Positions 9,056-17,201 of a stretch of DNA of 64,000 nucleotides are shown here, piece by piece; position 1 is the first letter of the stretch, and each line of letters opens with the position of its first letter. This DNA is from a virus. The position numbers were made by a program, and so were the translations under genes. The DNA lies in IMG/VR virus record IMGVR_UViG_3300032246_000381, positions 1 to 64,000 of that record; one strand, written 5' to 3'. Below the pieces are notes generated by a model. The model ran no database searches, was not told the origin of the DNA, and saw only the letters and a list, made by a program, of their open reading frames with translations.

Positions 9056-10192
9056 TTAGTGTGTTCTAAAAATGCTGATCTTACCTTCAGCTACCATTCT
9101 ACGTTTTTCTGCAGCAATGGCTTTCAGTAGTGTTTCAGCAAGATTATTTCCTGTTCTAATAATGCTGTCTGATGTTGGACCCATAACACGTTCACGTTCT
9201 GCATCAATCTCAGCTTGCGACTGTTGTGGAGCAGGCGCAGCAGCAGTTTTCTTATTACGAGTACGTTTTGGTTTAGCACCTTGCTCTTGCCCAGGTGCTT
9301 GTTGTGTTGCATCTGCTGCTGGTGCTGCTTGAGTCGCATCTGCTGCTGGTGCTTGTTGTGTTGCATCTGCTGCTGGTGCTGCATTTGGATTACCTGGCTT
9401 AGCTTTATTTGTTTTGCTAACCGGAGCATTAGCCATTGTGTTTGCTGTAGAAGGTGCACCTAGACTGGCGGCCATATTGCCCATTGCAGCGGCACCTGCT
9501 GCATCACCTGCCGCTGCTTTAGGATCTGGTGTTCCTAACGACTTGTTTAGCAATGCTAAAATTCTTTGCTTGCCTTTCTTATCAAGTTGCCCAACTTGTG
9601 ATTTAACTTGAGCGTATAGTGTTTGTCCTGCTTTTTCTGCTGCTGGATTAGCTGGAGGTGTTCCTGTTGCGCCGTTTGTAGGAGCTGAACCTGCTGGTGC
9701 AGCCGCGCTGCCGCCTTGGGCATTACCACCTGCTACATTAACATTTGTTGTACTTGGTGCTGCTCCACCTGCTGGTGCTGCTCCACCTGCTGGTGCTGCT
9801 GCCACTGGTCTACCGCTAGAATCAAATCCACTGCCACCTGCTGGAGCACCGCCACCTGCTGGTGCTGCTGCACCACCGCCCGCTGCTGGTGCTGCTGTAC
9901 CGCCGCCTTGAGCGCCTGCTGCTGGAGCTGCTGCGCCACCTGCTGCCTGTTGAGGATCTGCTGGAGTTGGATTAGGATCTGCATCACCTGCTACTCTGGC
10001 TTTACCTGATGCAAAGCCTTTCTTAAATGCACGTCCCATACCTGCAACACCGCCTGCTACTGCGCCAACCCCTTTAGCAACACCGCCTGCAACATCACCT
10101 ACAACGCCACCAATCTTGTTTAAGATTGGTCCTTCTTCAAGATATTGTAGTTCGTGTATTTCTGATTCTGTTAGTAATTCTGTTAGTTTCAT
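9056..10192 (-). CDS. Ala/Gly/Pro-rich low-complexity protein, probable internal head protein
   Basis: Starts MKLTELLTESE; repeats of APAGG and APAADATQ; shares modules with the 490-aa neighbour. Confidence 0.65.
   Translation of the reverse strand: MKLTELLTESEIHELQYLEEGPILNKIGGVVGDVAGGVAKGVGAVAGGVAGMGRAFKKGFASGKARVAGDADPNPTPADPQQAAGGAAAPAAGAQGGGTAAPAAGGGAAAPAGGGAPAGGSGFDSSGRPVAAAPAGGAAPAGGAAPSTTNVNVAGGNAQGGSAAAPAGSAPTNGATGTPPANPAAEKAGQTLYAQVKSQVGQLDKKGKQRILALLNKSLGTPDPKAAAGDAAGAAAMGNMAASLGAPSTANTMANAPVSKTNKAKPGNPNAAPAADATQQAPAADATQAAPAADATQQAPGQEQGAKPKRTRNKKTAAAPAPQQSQAEIDAERERVMGPTSDSIIRTGNNLAETLLKAIAAEKRRMVAEGKISIFRTH
9293..9383 (-). repeat. Coding tandem repeat, about 27-nt unit x3 (APAADATQQ)
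   Basis: gcatctgctgctggtgct recurs three times at 27-nt spacing. Confidence 0.85.
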
Positions 10193-10193
10193 T

Positions 10194-11666
10194 TTAAGCG
10201 GTTCCTAATTGTTTTTGCAGATAGCTTGCGATACGCTGACGTTGTTTCTTATTTAACTTCAAAACTTGATCTTTGACTTGTTTATATGCACTGGCTGCTG
10301 CTGGTGTTTCAGCGGCTGCTGCACCTGCTGAGTCTATTTTCATATCGGCATAGACTTTGTCGACTATGTCCGATGTTACTTCCATACTGGCTAAAAACTT
10401 TTTGAGTTCTTCAGAATCCGTCGGCGATCCGTCTAGTTTCCACCCAGCTAGTAATTTTTCATAGGTAACTTTGTTGGTAATATTCTGTCCAACACGATCA
10501 ATACCCTTGCCTACTGCTGCTGCACCTTTCTTGATCCAATCCATCGGACCTTCATTTAGTTGACTAGCAGCAACTTTCTTTAATACAACGTAGACCTGGC
10601 CTTCACTAAGTGGACGAGTCTGACGATAATAACTTTCTTGTTTTGCGGGCATCGAACTTGCGCCAGCAACCGCACCTTGACTCAGTGCCTGCCCTGCTTT
10701 GGAAACACCGTTTATCCATTGTAGCAAGCTGTCGTTGCTCAGTTGAACTTGTCGAGCACCCTGCATAATACTGCTGATAGATGACTTGTATTCTGGTGTG
10801 TTTATTTCTCTAGCAATAGTTTTTAATGTATCAAAGCCACCTGCTTGACCATCCCTAATAGCATTCATTGCCTGTGTCACAGCTTCTCGCTGTTCTGGAA
10901 ACACTGTGATATTAAATCCCTGTATTGTTTCTGTAGAACTCATTCCAGGTGCGGTCAGTGTTTGTGTTGCACCCCAGTTGACTTTTTCTAGTCCTGCATC
11001 TTTAGGTCCAAACGGTATTGCTTGTTCTCTAAATCCACCAACCCAATTGCCTAACACTTCAAAGGCTTTGCCAGATAGATAACCCAGTGCTGCGGTCTTA
11101 ATACCTTTACCGATGGCAGTTGAAAGTTTTTCACCTTTTAGTAATTCTGTAGCACCTTTAAGTACTTGACCAGCAATAGCGCCGCCAACAGGACCACCAG
11201 CGAGCGAAGCGAGGGCCGTCAAGATTCCGATTACTGCTGCGGTCTTACCAGGATTATCCTTAACCCAAATAGCCAAGTTTGAAACTCCGTCAAGTATTTT
11301 ACTGTCAGGGAACTTGGTATTAATGTCATTCTTTAGTTTTTCGAACTTGGCATCAAAGTTCTTAACAGGAGTAGTGTCCTGTAGCCATTTACCTGCTTTG
11401 TCAATAATGGCATTGACCTGTTTAACTCCGTCTACACCAAGACCCGCTAGTGTTCTGTTGTTTCCACCTGCTACGGCCTGTTGCTCAACGTTCTTGAATA
11501 TGTCTTTTACTTGATCAGCTGTCAGAGTTGCTTCGATTAAAGGCACGAATTCATTATAGATGTTTTCTACAATAGTTCTTTGTTGCTGTGTTAGTCCATC
11601 ACACGATTCTTTTAATAATTGCTTTCTCGAATAGTTGTGATTTTCTAATAATTGTTCAATACGCAT
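10194..11666 (-). CDS. Hypothetical virion protein, probable internal head/ejection protein
   Basis: 490 aa starting MRIEQLLE; hydrophobic Gly-rich segment TAAVIGILTALASLAGGPVGGAIAG; TAAATA upstream. Confidence 0.6.
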   Translation of the reverse strand: MRIEQLLENHNYSRKQLLKESCDGLTQQQRTIVENIYNEFVPLIEATLTADQVKDIFKNVEQQAVAGGNNRTLAGLGVDGVKQVNAIIDKAGKWLQDTTPVKNFDAKFEKLKNDINTKFPDSKILDGVSNLAIWVKDNPGKTAAVIGILTALASLAGGPVGGAIAGQVLKGATELLKGEKLSTAIGKGIKTAALGYLSGKAFEVLGNWVGGFREQAIPFGPKDAGLEKVNWGATQTLTAPGMSSTETIQGFNITVFPEQREAVTQAMNAIRDGQAGGFDTLKTIAREINTPEYKSSISSIMQGARQVQLSNDSLLQWINGVSKAGQALSQGAVAGASSMPAKQESYYRQTRPLSEGQVYVVLKKVAASQLNEGPMDWIKKGAAAVGKGIDRVGQNITNKVTYEKLLAGWKLDGSPTDSEELKKFLASMEVTSDIVDKVYADMKIDSAGAAAAETPAAASAYKQVKDQVLKLNKKQRQRIASYLQKQLGTA

Positions 11667-11689
11667 TTATGATCCAAAGATATATGTGT

Positions 11690-11695
11690 TATTTA
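11690..11695 (-). promoter_or_regulatory. Late promoter TAAATA
   Basis: About 24 nt upstream of ATG 11666, right after the last hairpin of the structured region. Confidence 0.65.
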
Positions 11696-11700
11696 TTAAG

Positions 11701-12153
11701 AACGAGCTTACGCTCGTTTGCTTTTTCGCTTGCGCTCAAAGCACTTTTTTTCTTTCTTTTATTATTGAACTTATAGTAAGTGCGAAGCACTTTAAGTATT
11801 ATGCAGATTGTTCAGTCACACTTAACCCAGGACGGGTTAAGAAGCATTATGCGAGTTGCACAGTACACTTAGCGTTAAAGCAGTTACAGAGGCGGTCATC
11901 CGGTACCTCGAGCTCAGTCAATATGACGGTGGATCAATACATATACGCTAACATACGTATCAACCTAAGGGTTTCTCTCCCTTCTTTTTGCCTTGTTTTT
12001 CTTTTCAAATAACCAAATCGCAGGGCTTAGTAGCGATCGTCATCCTTTCGGGTAGTGGTTAAGCACCTTTGCGGCAAGGTTTTCCATCCCTGTGTACACG
12101 TAGACCAGGTTTAGAGCGCACGAAATTAGGCCTGCGCCAGCCAAAAAACCGCT
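11701..12153 (-). ncRNA. Candidate large structured non-coding RNA (unassigned family)
   Basis: Only long intergenic gap in the window; at least ten stems; G-U pairs and GNRA loops read on the minus strand; starts at the GIY-YIG stop codon. Confidence 0.55.
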
Positions 12154-12588
12154 TTATTTTGCCTTTGGTTGTTCTAAAAGACGCTGTCTAAGTATATTTG
12201 ATCCGCCAACTCTGACGTTTATAATGCCATTATAATAGTCATCAGTTTCTAAAACTCTACGTTCAAACTGTTCTCTAGCTTCTAAATAACTTAGTTCTGC
12301 CTTGGATTTGCAAAGATATAGTATTTCTCTTGTGAATTTTTCCGGACCTAATGCTTGGACGTCTGCGTTTAACCTATCAGATGAACCCCAGTATTCGCGC
12401 CAATCGCTTTCTACTGTGCTTCTTCTTTTAAGTTTTTTGCCTTTGAGTGGGGGTTTTGTACGTTTAAACTGTGCTAGTTTCTTGCCTATGTACTTCTGTC
12501 CGGTTACGGTGTTCGTGATTATGTAAACAAAGCCAATATAGCCTTCTGGGATTTCATCTACGGGTTGATTTTGATACGTCCATTGCAC
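12154..12588 (-). CDS. Stand-alone GIY-YIG (Seg-like) endonuclease domain protein
   Basis: GFVYIITNTVTGQKYIGKK, YWGSS, FTREIL, LEAREQF, YYN; 144 aa with no C-terminal DNA-binding domain. Confidence 0.85.
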   Translation of the reverse strand: MQWTYQNQPVDEIPEGYIGFVYIITNTVTGQKYIGKKLAQFKRTKPPLKGKKLKRRSTVESDWREYWGSSDRLNADVQALGPEKFTREILYLCKSKAELSYLEAREQFERRVLETDDYYNGIINVRVGGSNILRQRLLEQPKAK

Positions 12589-12819
12589 TCATTTAGTTAC
12601 CTTGGGAGGCCTTCCAGGCTTGCCTTTTCTGGTTGCTTTACGTGCTTCTCGTTTTGCCTGTATTTCTGTTCGCCTAGTTGATGCCTCGTTGCGTATTTCT
12701 GATAGCCAATATCGTGCCTTAATGCCTGCTTCGTCTGAGCCTCTGTATTCAAATCGATCCTGCCACTTAAAATATTCCTGAAAAGCAGCGATCATCTTAT
12801 CGTGACTGTCTGTACTCAA
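12589..12819 (-). CDS. Small basic protein resembling histone H1-like (Hc1-type) phage proteins
   Basis: F..RGSDEAGIKARYWLSEIR...RRTEIQ pattern plus basic tail KGKPGRPPK. Confidence 0.5.
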   Translation of the reverse strand: MSTDSHDKMIAAFQEYFKWQDRFEYRGSDEAGIKARYWLSEIRNEASTRRTEIQAKREARKATRKGKPGRPPKVTK

Positions 12820-13436
12820 GGTTCTCGTCCAAGAAATACGTTACCTGATACAGAAATGCGTGTTTCTGTAGAATCGCTGAAAGGATATACACAGTGTCTC
12901 AATAGACTAGGAAACATCATAGTCTTTCCTACGCTGTTTTTGTCAACATTCATAGTTGCGCCCTGTGTGCGTCCTAGTATATCTGTATAGGTAAACTCCA
13001 ATTGACCACTAAACTGATCTTTAGTATAGTCTACTACATCGGGAATTCTAAGCCAGATAGTGTAACTCAGTACTCCGCCGTGCATATGATTGGGAATAAA
13101 CTCCCCAGCCTTTTGAAAATTGATCCAAGGACGTTCACAGTAGTATTCTGGAGTGATATTAGGAGCATCAAAGGTCATTAGATAGTGACAGCTATTTCTG
13201 TACAACTGTGTGCATTCTAGAATATACTGTTTTAGTAGATCTTCTGTAGGTTTAGTGAACCGGTAGTGCTTAGGTACACCTTTAGAAGTTAATCCTGAAG
13301 CAGTTTCTTCAGCTGATGCAACATCTTGTTCTATTTGATCTACTTCAGACAGCATTTTAACCAATAGATCTTTAGGAGCAGATGCCCTAAAGATATTCAT
13401 ATTAGTTAATGCTATGTTGCCGCTGTCAAATTTCAC
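12816..13436 (-). CDS. Putative 2OG-Fe(II) oxygenase
   Basis: WINFQKAGEFIPNHMH (HxH), FPSLLRHCVYP, RISVSGN. Confidence 0.8.
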   Translation of the reverse strand: MKFDSGNIALTNMNIFRASAPKDLLVKMLSEVDQIEQDVASAEETASGLTSKGVPKHYRFTKPTEDLLKQYILECTQLYRNSCHYLMTFDAPNITPEYYCERPWINFQKAGEFIPNHMHGGVLSYTIWLRIPDVVDYTKDQFSGQLEFTYTDILGRTQGATMNVDKNSVGKTMMFPSLLRHCVYPFSDSTETRISVSGNVFLGREP

Positions 13437-15211
13437 CCAACAATCTCCACGTCATTGCTATAACTGGTAAATCCGTTTTCTTTAATAACCTTGAGCACGT
13501 GATTAACACGACTGGTTAGATCATCACGATGTGAAATTAAGAATACATTCTTATCTCGTTCACGAGTCATCTTCTTAAGTACTGCAATTGAGCTTTCAAC
13601 CCCGGAACTATCCATCCCGCTGTCTACAAGTTCGTCGATGAACAGTAAGTTAATGCTGTGATATAGGTTCTCCCACACATCTCGGAATGCCCAGGACATA
13701 CTGAGTATCAAACGGTTACGTTCACCACGGCTTAAATTGTCAAAGTCTAGGTCTTGGCCTAGCTGTGTGATAATAACTGTTAGGTCATTCTGGAATTCTA
13801 CAATGTGCGGTAAGCCAATCTTGTCAAGATAGTAAGTCAATCGTTGATTCAAGAACGCTAGATTCTGATCAATAATTCGTTTACGCACAAAGCTGTCTTT
13901 GTTTGTCAGTAACTTATACAAGAACTCCTGATGTTCTTTAACACGTACCAGCTCATTGACCTGATTCCAATCAATTTCCTGCACCGCAGTAGTTTTCAGT
14001 TCAGTGATCTGATCGTCGTAGGGATTAGATTCGGCAACTTTAACAGTTAGATCACGTTCTAGACTGTCAATTGTGCTTTTATGATTAAGCGCCTGCTCTA
14101 GTGTGTCGTAGAACACCTTAGGCATCGGACCCAGTTCACCTACTTCTTTGAGAGCATCTGTAAGTTCAATCCACTGAGTGTTATCTGAGAGGTATTGTAG
14201 CGCAGACTCTTGTAGAGCTTTCTTTTTACCTGCCAGCACTTCTTCGTGTTTGGTATCGTGTAGGTCTTGACCACAGGCATAACACTTGTGATCTTCGAGA
14301 TCTGCAATTTCTTTTTTCAGTTTATCGCTTTGCTTGGTATCTCGTTCCATATCCAGCTCAGCACGAGCAATAGCTTTAGTTAGATCTGCGATGTCTTTGC
14401 TTTTGCTATTGTATTCAATTAATGATCTATGTGCTAGAATCTCTGAGTCAATATCAATATGACTCAGTGTTTCAATACTCTTACGTAGATTATCCAACGC
14501 ACTTTCTTTAGTTTCTTCCCACATACGCTGTTTTCTTTCCAGCGATTCAATACTCTGTTGAATACGTTCATTTGAAACTTTGATAGTTTCGATGCGAGTA
14601 TTTTCTGTAGTGATTGCATCCTTGGTAATCTTGGTCTGTTCTTTAAGAGCTTCTGCTTTTTCACTCAACAGAGTAATACCCAACAACTGCTCAATGATCA
14701 TACGCTGTTCAGCAGCCTTAGTTGCCAAGAACGGTTCTGTGTAGGTATTCAACGCCACTAGATGCTTGAACATCTCGTGCTTCATACCAAACATCTCTTC
14801 AATTGCCTTCTGTGTTTCTCTGCTGTCGCCCTGACTTTCGTCTAGATCTTCTAGTTCTTGTTCCTGACCGTTGACACTGAACTTTAGAACATTGGGTTTA
14901 CGACCACGCTCAATGTGATAGTCAATGCCATCCTTTTCAAAGCTGACAGTTACCAACATACCTTTGCCGTTGATCTTGTTAATCAAGTTATCACGTTTGA
15001 TATTTGTCAATGCCTGTCCGTAGATAGCATAGCTAAGACCGTTAATGATTGTGGTTTTACCTGTGCCGTTACGAGCTCCGCTGTCGTCTCCTCCTAGATC
15101 TAGGTTTTCACCTAGCACCAGAGTCAGCTGTCCTCGATCAAAGTCGATGGCCTGGGTCTGTGCGCCCACGCTCATAAAATTACGTACTGTGAGATTCTTA
15201 ATTTTTATCAT
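13433..15211 (-). CDS. gp46: Recombination endonuclease ATPase subunit (gp46/SbcC/Rad50)
   Basis: Walker A NGTGKT, zinc hook CYAC, signature LSRGE, Walker B LLFIDE, ISH. Confidence 0.95.
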   Translation of the reverse strand: MIKIKNLTVRNFMSVGAQTQAIDFDRGQLTLVLGENLDLGGDDSGARNGTGKTTIINGLSYAIYGQALTNIKRDNLINKINGKGMLVTVSFEKDGIDYHIERGRKPNVLKFSVNGQEQELEDLDESQGDSRETQKAIEEMFGMKHEMFKHLVALNTYTEPFLATKAAEQRMIIEQLLGITLLSEKAEALKEQTKITKDAITTENTRIETIKVSNERIQQSIESLERKQRMWEETKESALDNLRKSIETLSHIDIDSEILAHRSLIEYNSKSKDIADLTKAIARAELDMERDTKQSDKLKKEIADLEDHKCYACGQDLHDTKHEEVLAGKKKALQESALQYLSDNTQWIELTDALKEVGELGPMPKVFYDTLEQALNHKSTIDSLERDLTVKVAESNPYDDQITELKTTAVQEIDWNQVNELVRVKEHQEFLYKLLTNKDSFVRKRIIDQNLAFLNQRLTYYLDKIGLPHIVEFQNDLTVIITQLGQDLDFDNLSRGERNRLILSMSWAFRDVWENLYHSINLLFIDELVDSGMDSSGVESSIAVLKKMTRERDKNVFLISHRDDLTSRVNHVLKVIKENGFTSYSNDVEIVG

Positions 15212-16218
15212 AGTTCTTGGTAAATTCCTAACAGCAGATTTTTGTCATAGCTGTCACTGTCAATAGCATTGATCTGATTCATCACAATCGTGTCAACACT
15301 TTCAAAGTTAATGTCAATTGGTGTGTGGTTGCTTTCAACTTCTACTTTTTCTGGAATAAGCATCAGTTCACGCAGTTGGAATTCTAGCATAAACTTTTCT
15401 TTGATATAGTTTGCTTCTTCAAAAGTGATAGGCAAGTCGATGGTTACACGACAGTGCATTTTTTCACGCAGTAATTTTTCTGGTGTGTCGATGATCTGGC
15501 TTAATTTGTATGTTCTATATATCGGTTGAGCGTCCCAAGTTAAGTACTCAGGTTTCCCACCCCACTCGAGAATCATCATACCGCGATCATCATCGCCGGC
15601 ATCTGCATAATTGTGCGGAAACGCATTACCAATATAGGTAATGTTGCCTTTAGTCTGACGCTTGTGAAAGTGTCCACTGAATACATATTCCTGGTTAACG
15701 AAATCATCACCTTTCAACTGACCGTGATCGGGCATCTGTACCATAGCATTCATATAGAATAATGGTAATTCAAAGTGTCCAAACACATAACGGCTTTTCA
15801 GCTTAGGTACAGTCTTCCATTCATCACCGACTAGCCAAGGCATAATGGTTACACCACCTTCTGTCAGTGTTTCTTTAATTGGAATAACGTTTGGAAACAG
15901 ACGCATAAATTCAACAGAGTTGATTTCTCGCTTGTCTTTGTAGAATAGATCGTGATTGCCTAATATGAAATAAACCTTTTCAAAGCTCTGACTAAGTTTT
16001 TCCAAATTAGATACTGTATAGTTCATAGTACTAACGTCTGTAGTACTACGATTGTGGTGCCAATCGCCCAAGAAAATTGCTGTTTCGCAATTTTCCCGCT
16101 TCGCGGTTTCGCAAAACCAAGTCACAAAATCTTCGCAATCTTGATTATGGGTACGGCTACCAGATTTTAAACCGAAATGTATATCGGTAAAACACGCTAC
16201 TTTTTTGAATAGTTCCAT
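15208..16218 (-). CDS. gp47: Recombination endonuclease nuclease subunit (gp47/SbcD/Mre11)
   Basis: Metallophosphoesterase motifs DIHFG, GDWHH, GNHD, GHFE, SGHFH. Confidence 0.95.
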   Translation of the reverse strand: MELFKKVACFTDIHFGLKSGSRTHNQDCEDFVTWFCETAKRENCETAIFLGDWHHNRSTTDVSTMNYTVSNLEKLSQSFEKVYFILGNHDLFYKDKREINSVEFMRLFPNVIPIKETLTEGGVTIMPWLVGDEWKTVPKLKSRYVFGHFELPLFYMNAMVQMPDHGQLKGDDFVNQEYVFSGHFHKRQTKGNITYIGNAFPHNYADAGDDDRGMMILEWGGKPEYLTWDAQPIYRTYKLSQIIDTPEKLLREKMHCRVTIDLPITFEEANYIKEKFMLEFQLRELMLIPEKVEVESNHTPIDINFESVDTIVMNQINAIDSDSYDKNLLLGIYQEL

Positions 16219-16233
16219 ATGATCTCCTTTATT

Positions 16234-16262
16234 ATTGTAACACGTCTACAACAATAGATCAA
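16234..16262 (-). promoter_or_regulatory. Sigma70-type promoter for the gp47 operon
   Basis: Minus strand TTGATC-17 nt-TACAAT with extended -10 TG, then AAGGAG and ATG. Confidence 0.7.
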
Positions 16263-17119
16263 TCGAAATCCCCGCCTCCGCCACCGTCGATATTGCCAAC
16301 TGGTGCTGAAGGAGCAGCAGGTGCGCCGCCGCTGTTTTGACGTGTCCAACTTGGAGTCATACCGTTCATCTCGAGGATGTCGTCTCTAATATTTTGGTTA
16401 CGTTTTTCAATGTTGATGATACGTACGAAACTATTGGTAACAGCAGCAGTATAGTAAGCAAAAGGATTATCAGATTTACTTTCATCGAATTGGAGCCCTA
16501 TTTGAGTTAGTTGTAAAATGGCCTGGCCACGCATTTCATCATTATATGTATAGCCACGAACGTTACCGCGAGTAGCATATCGTTCACAGAGTTTAATAAA
16601 CATACGGGCCAGATTGTCGGTCATCTGACCGTGATCTTTACTGAACACTCCGTTAGACAATCCACCCTTCCAATGGCTCTTACCCACCAGTATAAGATTA
16701 TCATTGTCGTCAAACTTCCAATGTTGGAACGGAGGAAAGTTTACTTTGTCGTGACTATCGGCAGTATTTTTAAGTGTCTTTTTACGTCCAGGAGCAAGCG
16801 GTACGTGTTCAAATGTCATCACCCTAAAAACCACATCAGTCTTTGCGACTTTTTTGTAGTCAACTTCAAAGTCCTTAGCAGGTAATTTTTTACCGCCTGC
16901 TAGTACCGCAGCTTCGTGAGCAGCCTTGCCCATCTTGATAGCACGATTGCGTTTTGCTTCAGCGATTGTGCGTATATTGACTTTGTCTAGATTAGGTACG
17001 ATTAAATCGTAGTCGCTATATTCAGGCGCTAGGAAAGTACAATAGGTATTTTTACTTCGGTGTATTTCTTTTAATAAATCTTTATTAGTTAGGTACTTTA
17101 TTTTTGGGATGATAGTCAT
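16259..17119 (-). CDS. gp55: Late transcription sigma factor (T4 gp55-like)
   Basis: YLTNKDLL, GYTYNDEM, QFDESKSDNPFAYYT, IEKRNQ motifs; adjacent to gp47/gp46 as in T4-like phages. Confidence 0.85.
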   Translation of the reverse strand: MTIIPKIKYLTNKDLLKEIHRSKNTYCTFLAPEYSDYDLIVPNLDKVNIRTIAEAKRNRAIKMGKAAHEAAVLAGGKKLPAKDFEVDYKKVAKTDVVFRVMTFEHVPLAPGRKKTLKNTADSHDKVNFPPFQHWKFDDNDNLILVGKSHWKGGLSNGVFSKDHGQMTDNLARMFIKLCERYATRGNVRGYTYNDEMRGQAILQLTQIGLQFDESKSDNPFAYYTAAVTNSFVRIINIEKRNQNIRDDILEMNGMTPSWTRQNSGGAPAAPSAPVGNIDGGGGGDFD

Positions 17120-17142
17120 TAAATAGGGGTCTCCTGTTACTT

Positions 17143-17174
17143 ATTATAATAGCACATTTTGTTTAGAATAAATA
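17143..17174. promoter_or_regulatory. Divergent promoter region: TATAAT (-) for gp55 and late TAAATA (+) for the baseplate operon
   Basis: TATAAT on - at 17143-17148 ahead of AGGAG; TAAATA on + at 17169-17174. Confidence 0.55.
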
Positions 17175-17201
17175 GAGTTATAACAAGGAAATTCACTCAA
17201 A

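Noticed and set aside
9072-10009. Cys/Trp-rich and Gln-rich ORFs
   Set aside because: Alternate-frame readings of Ala/Pro/Gly repeats in the 378-aa gene
11794-11871. CRISPR or TIGR-like array
   Set aside because: Only two degenerate copies; no cas or Nop-domain gene in the window
11686-12012. 108-aa plus-strand ORF over the structured region
   Set aside because: Non-ATG start, no RBS, T-run-derived Phe/Leu composition, opposite to flanking genes; structure signals favour a minus-strand RNA
11701-12153. Group I/II intron, tmRNA, RNase P or tRNA identity for the structured region
   Set aside because: No interrupted host gene, and I could not find the group I core, group II domain V, RNase P P4 or cloverleaf motifs by eye; an Infernal search is still needed
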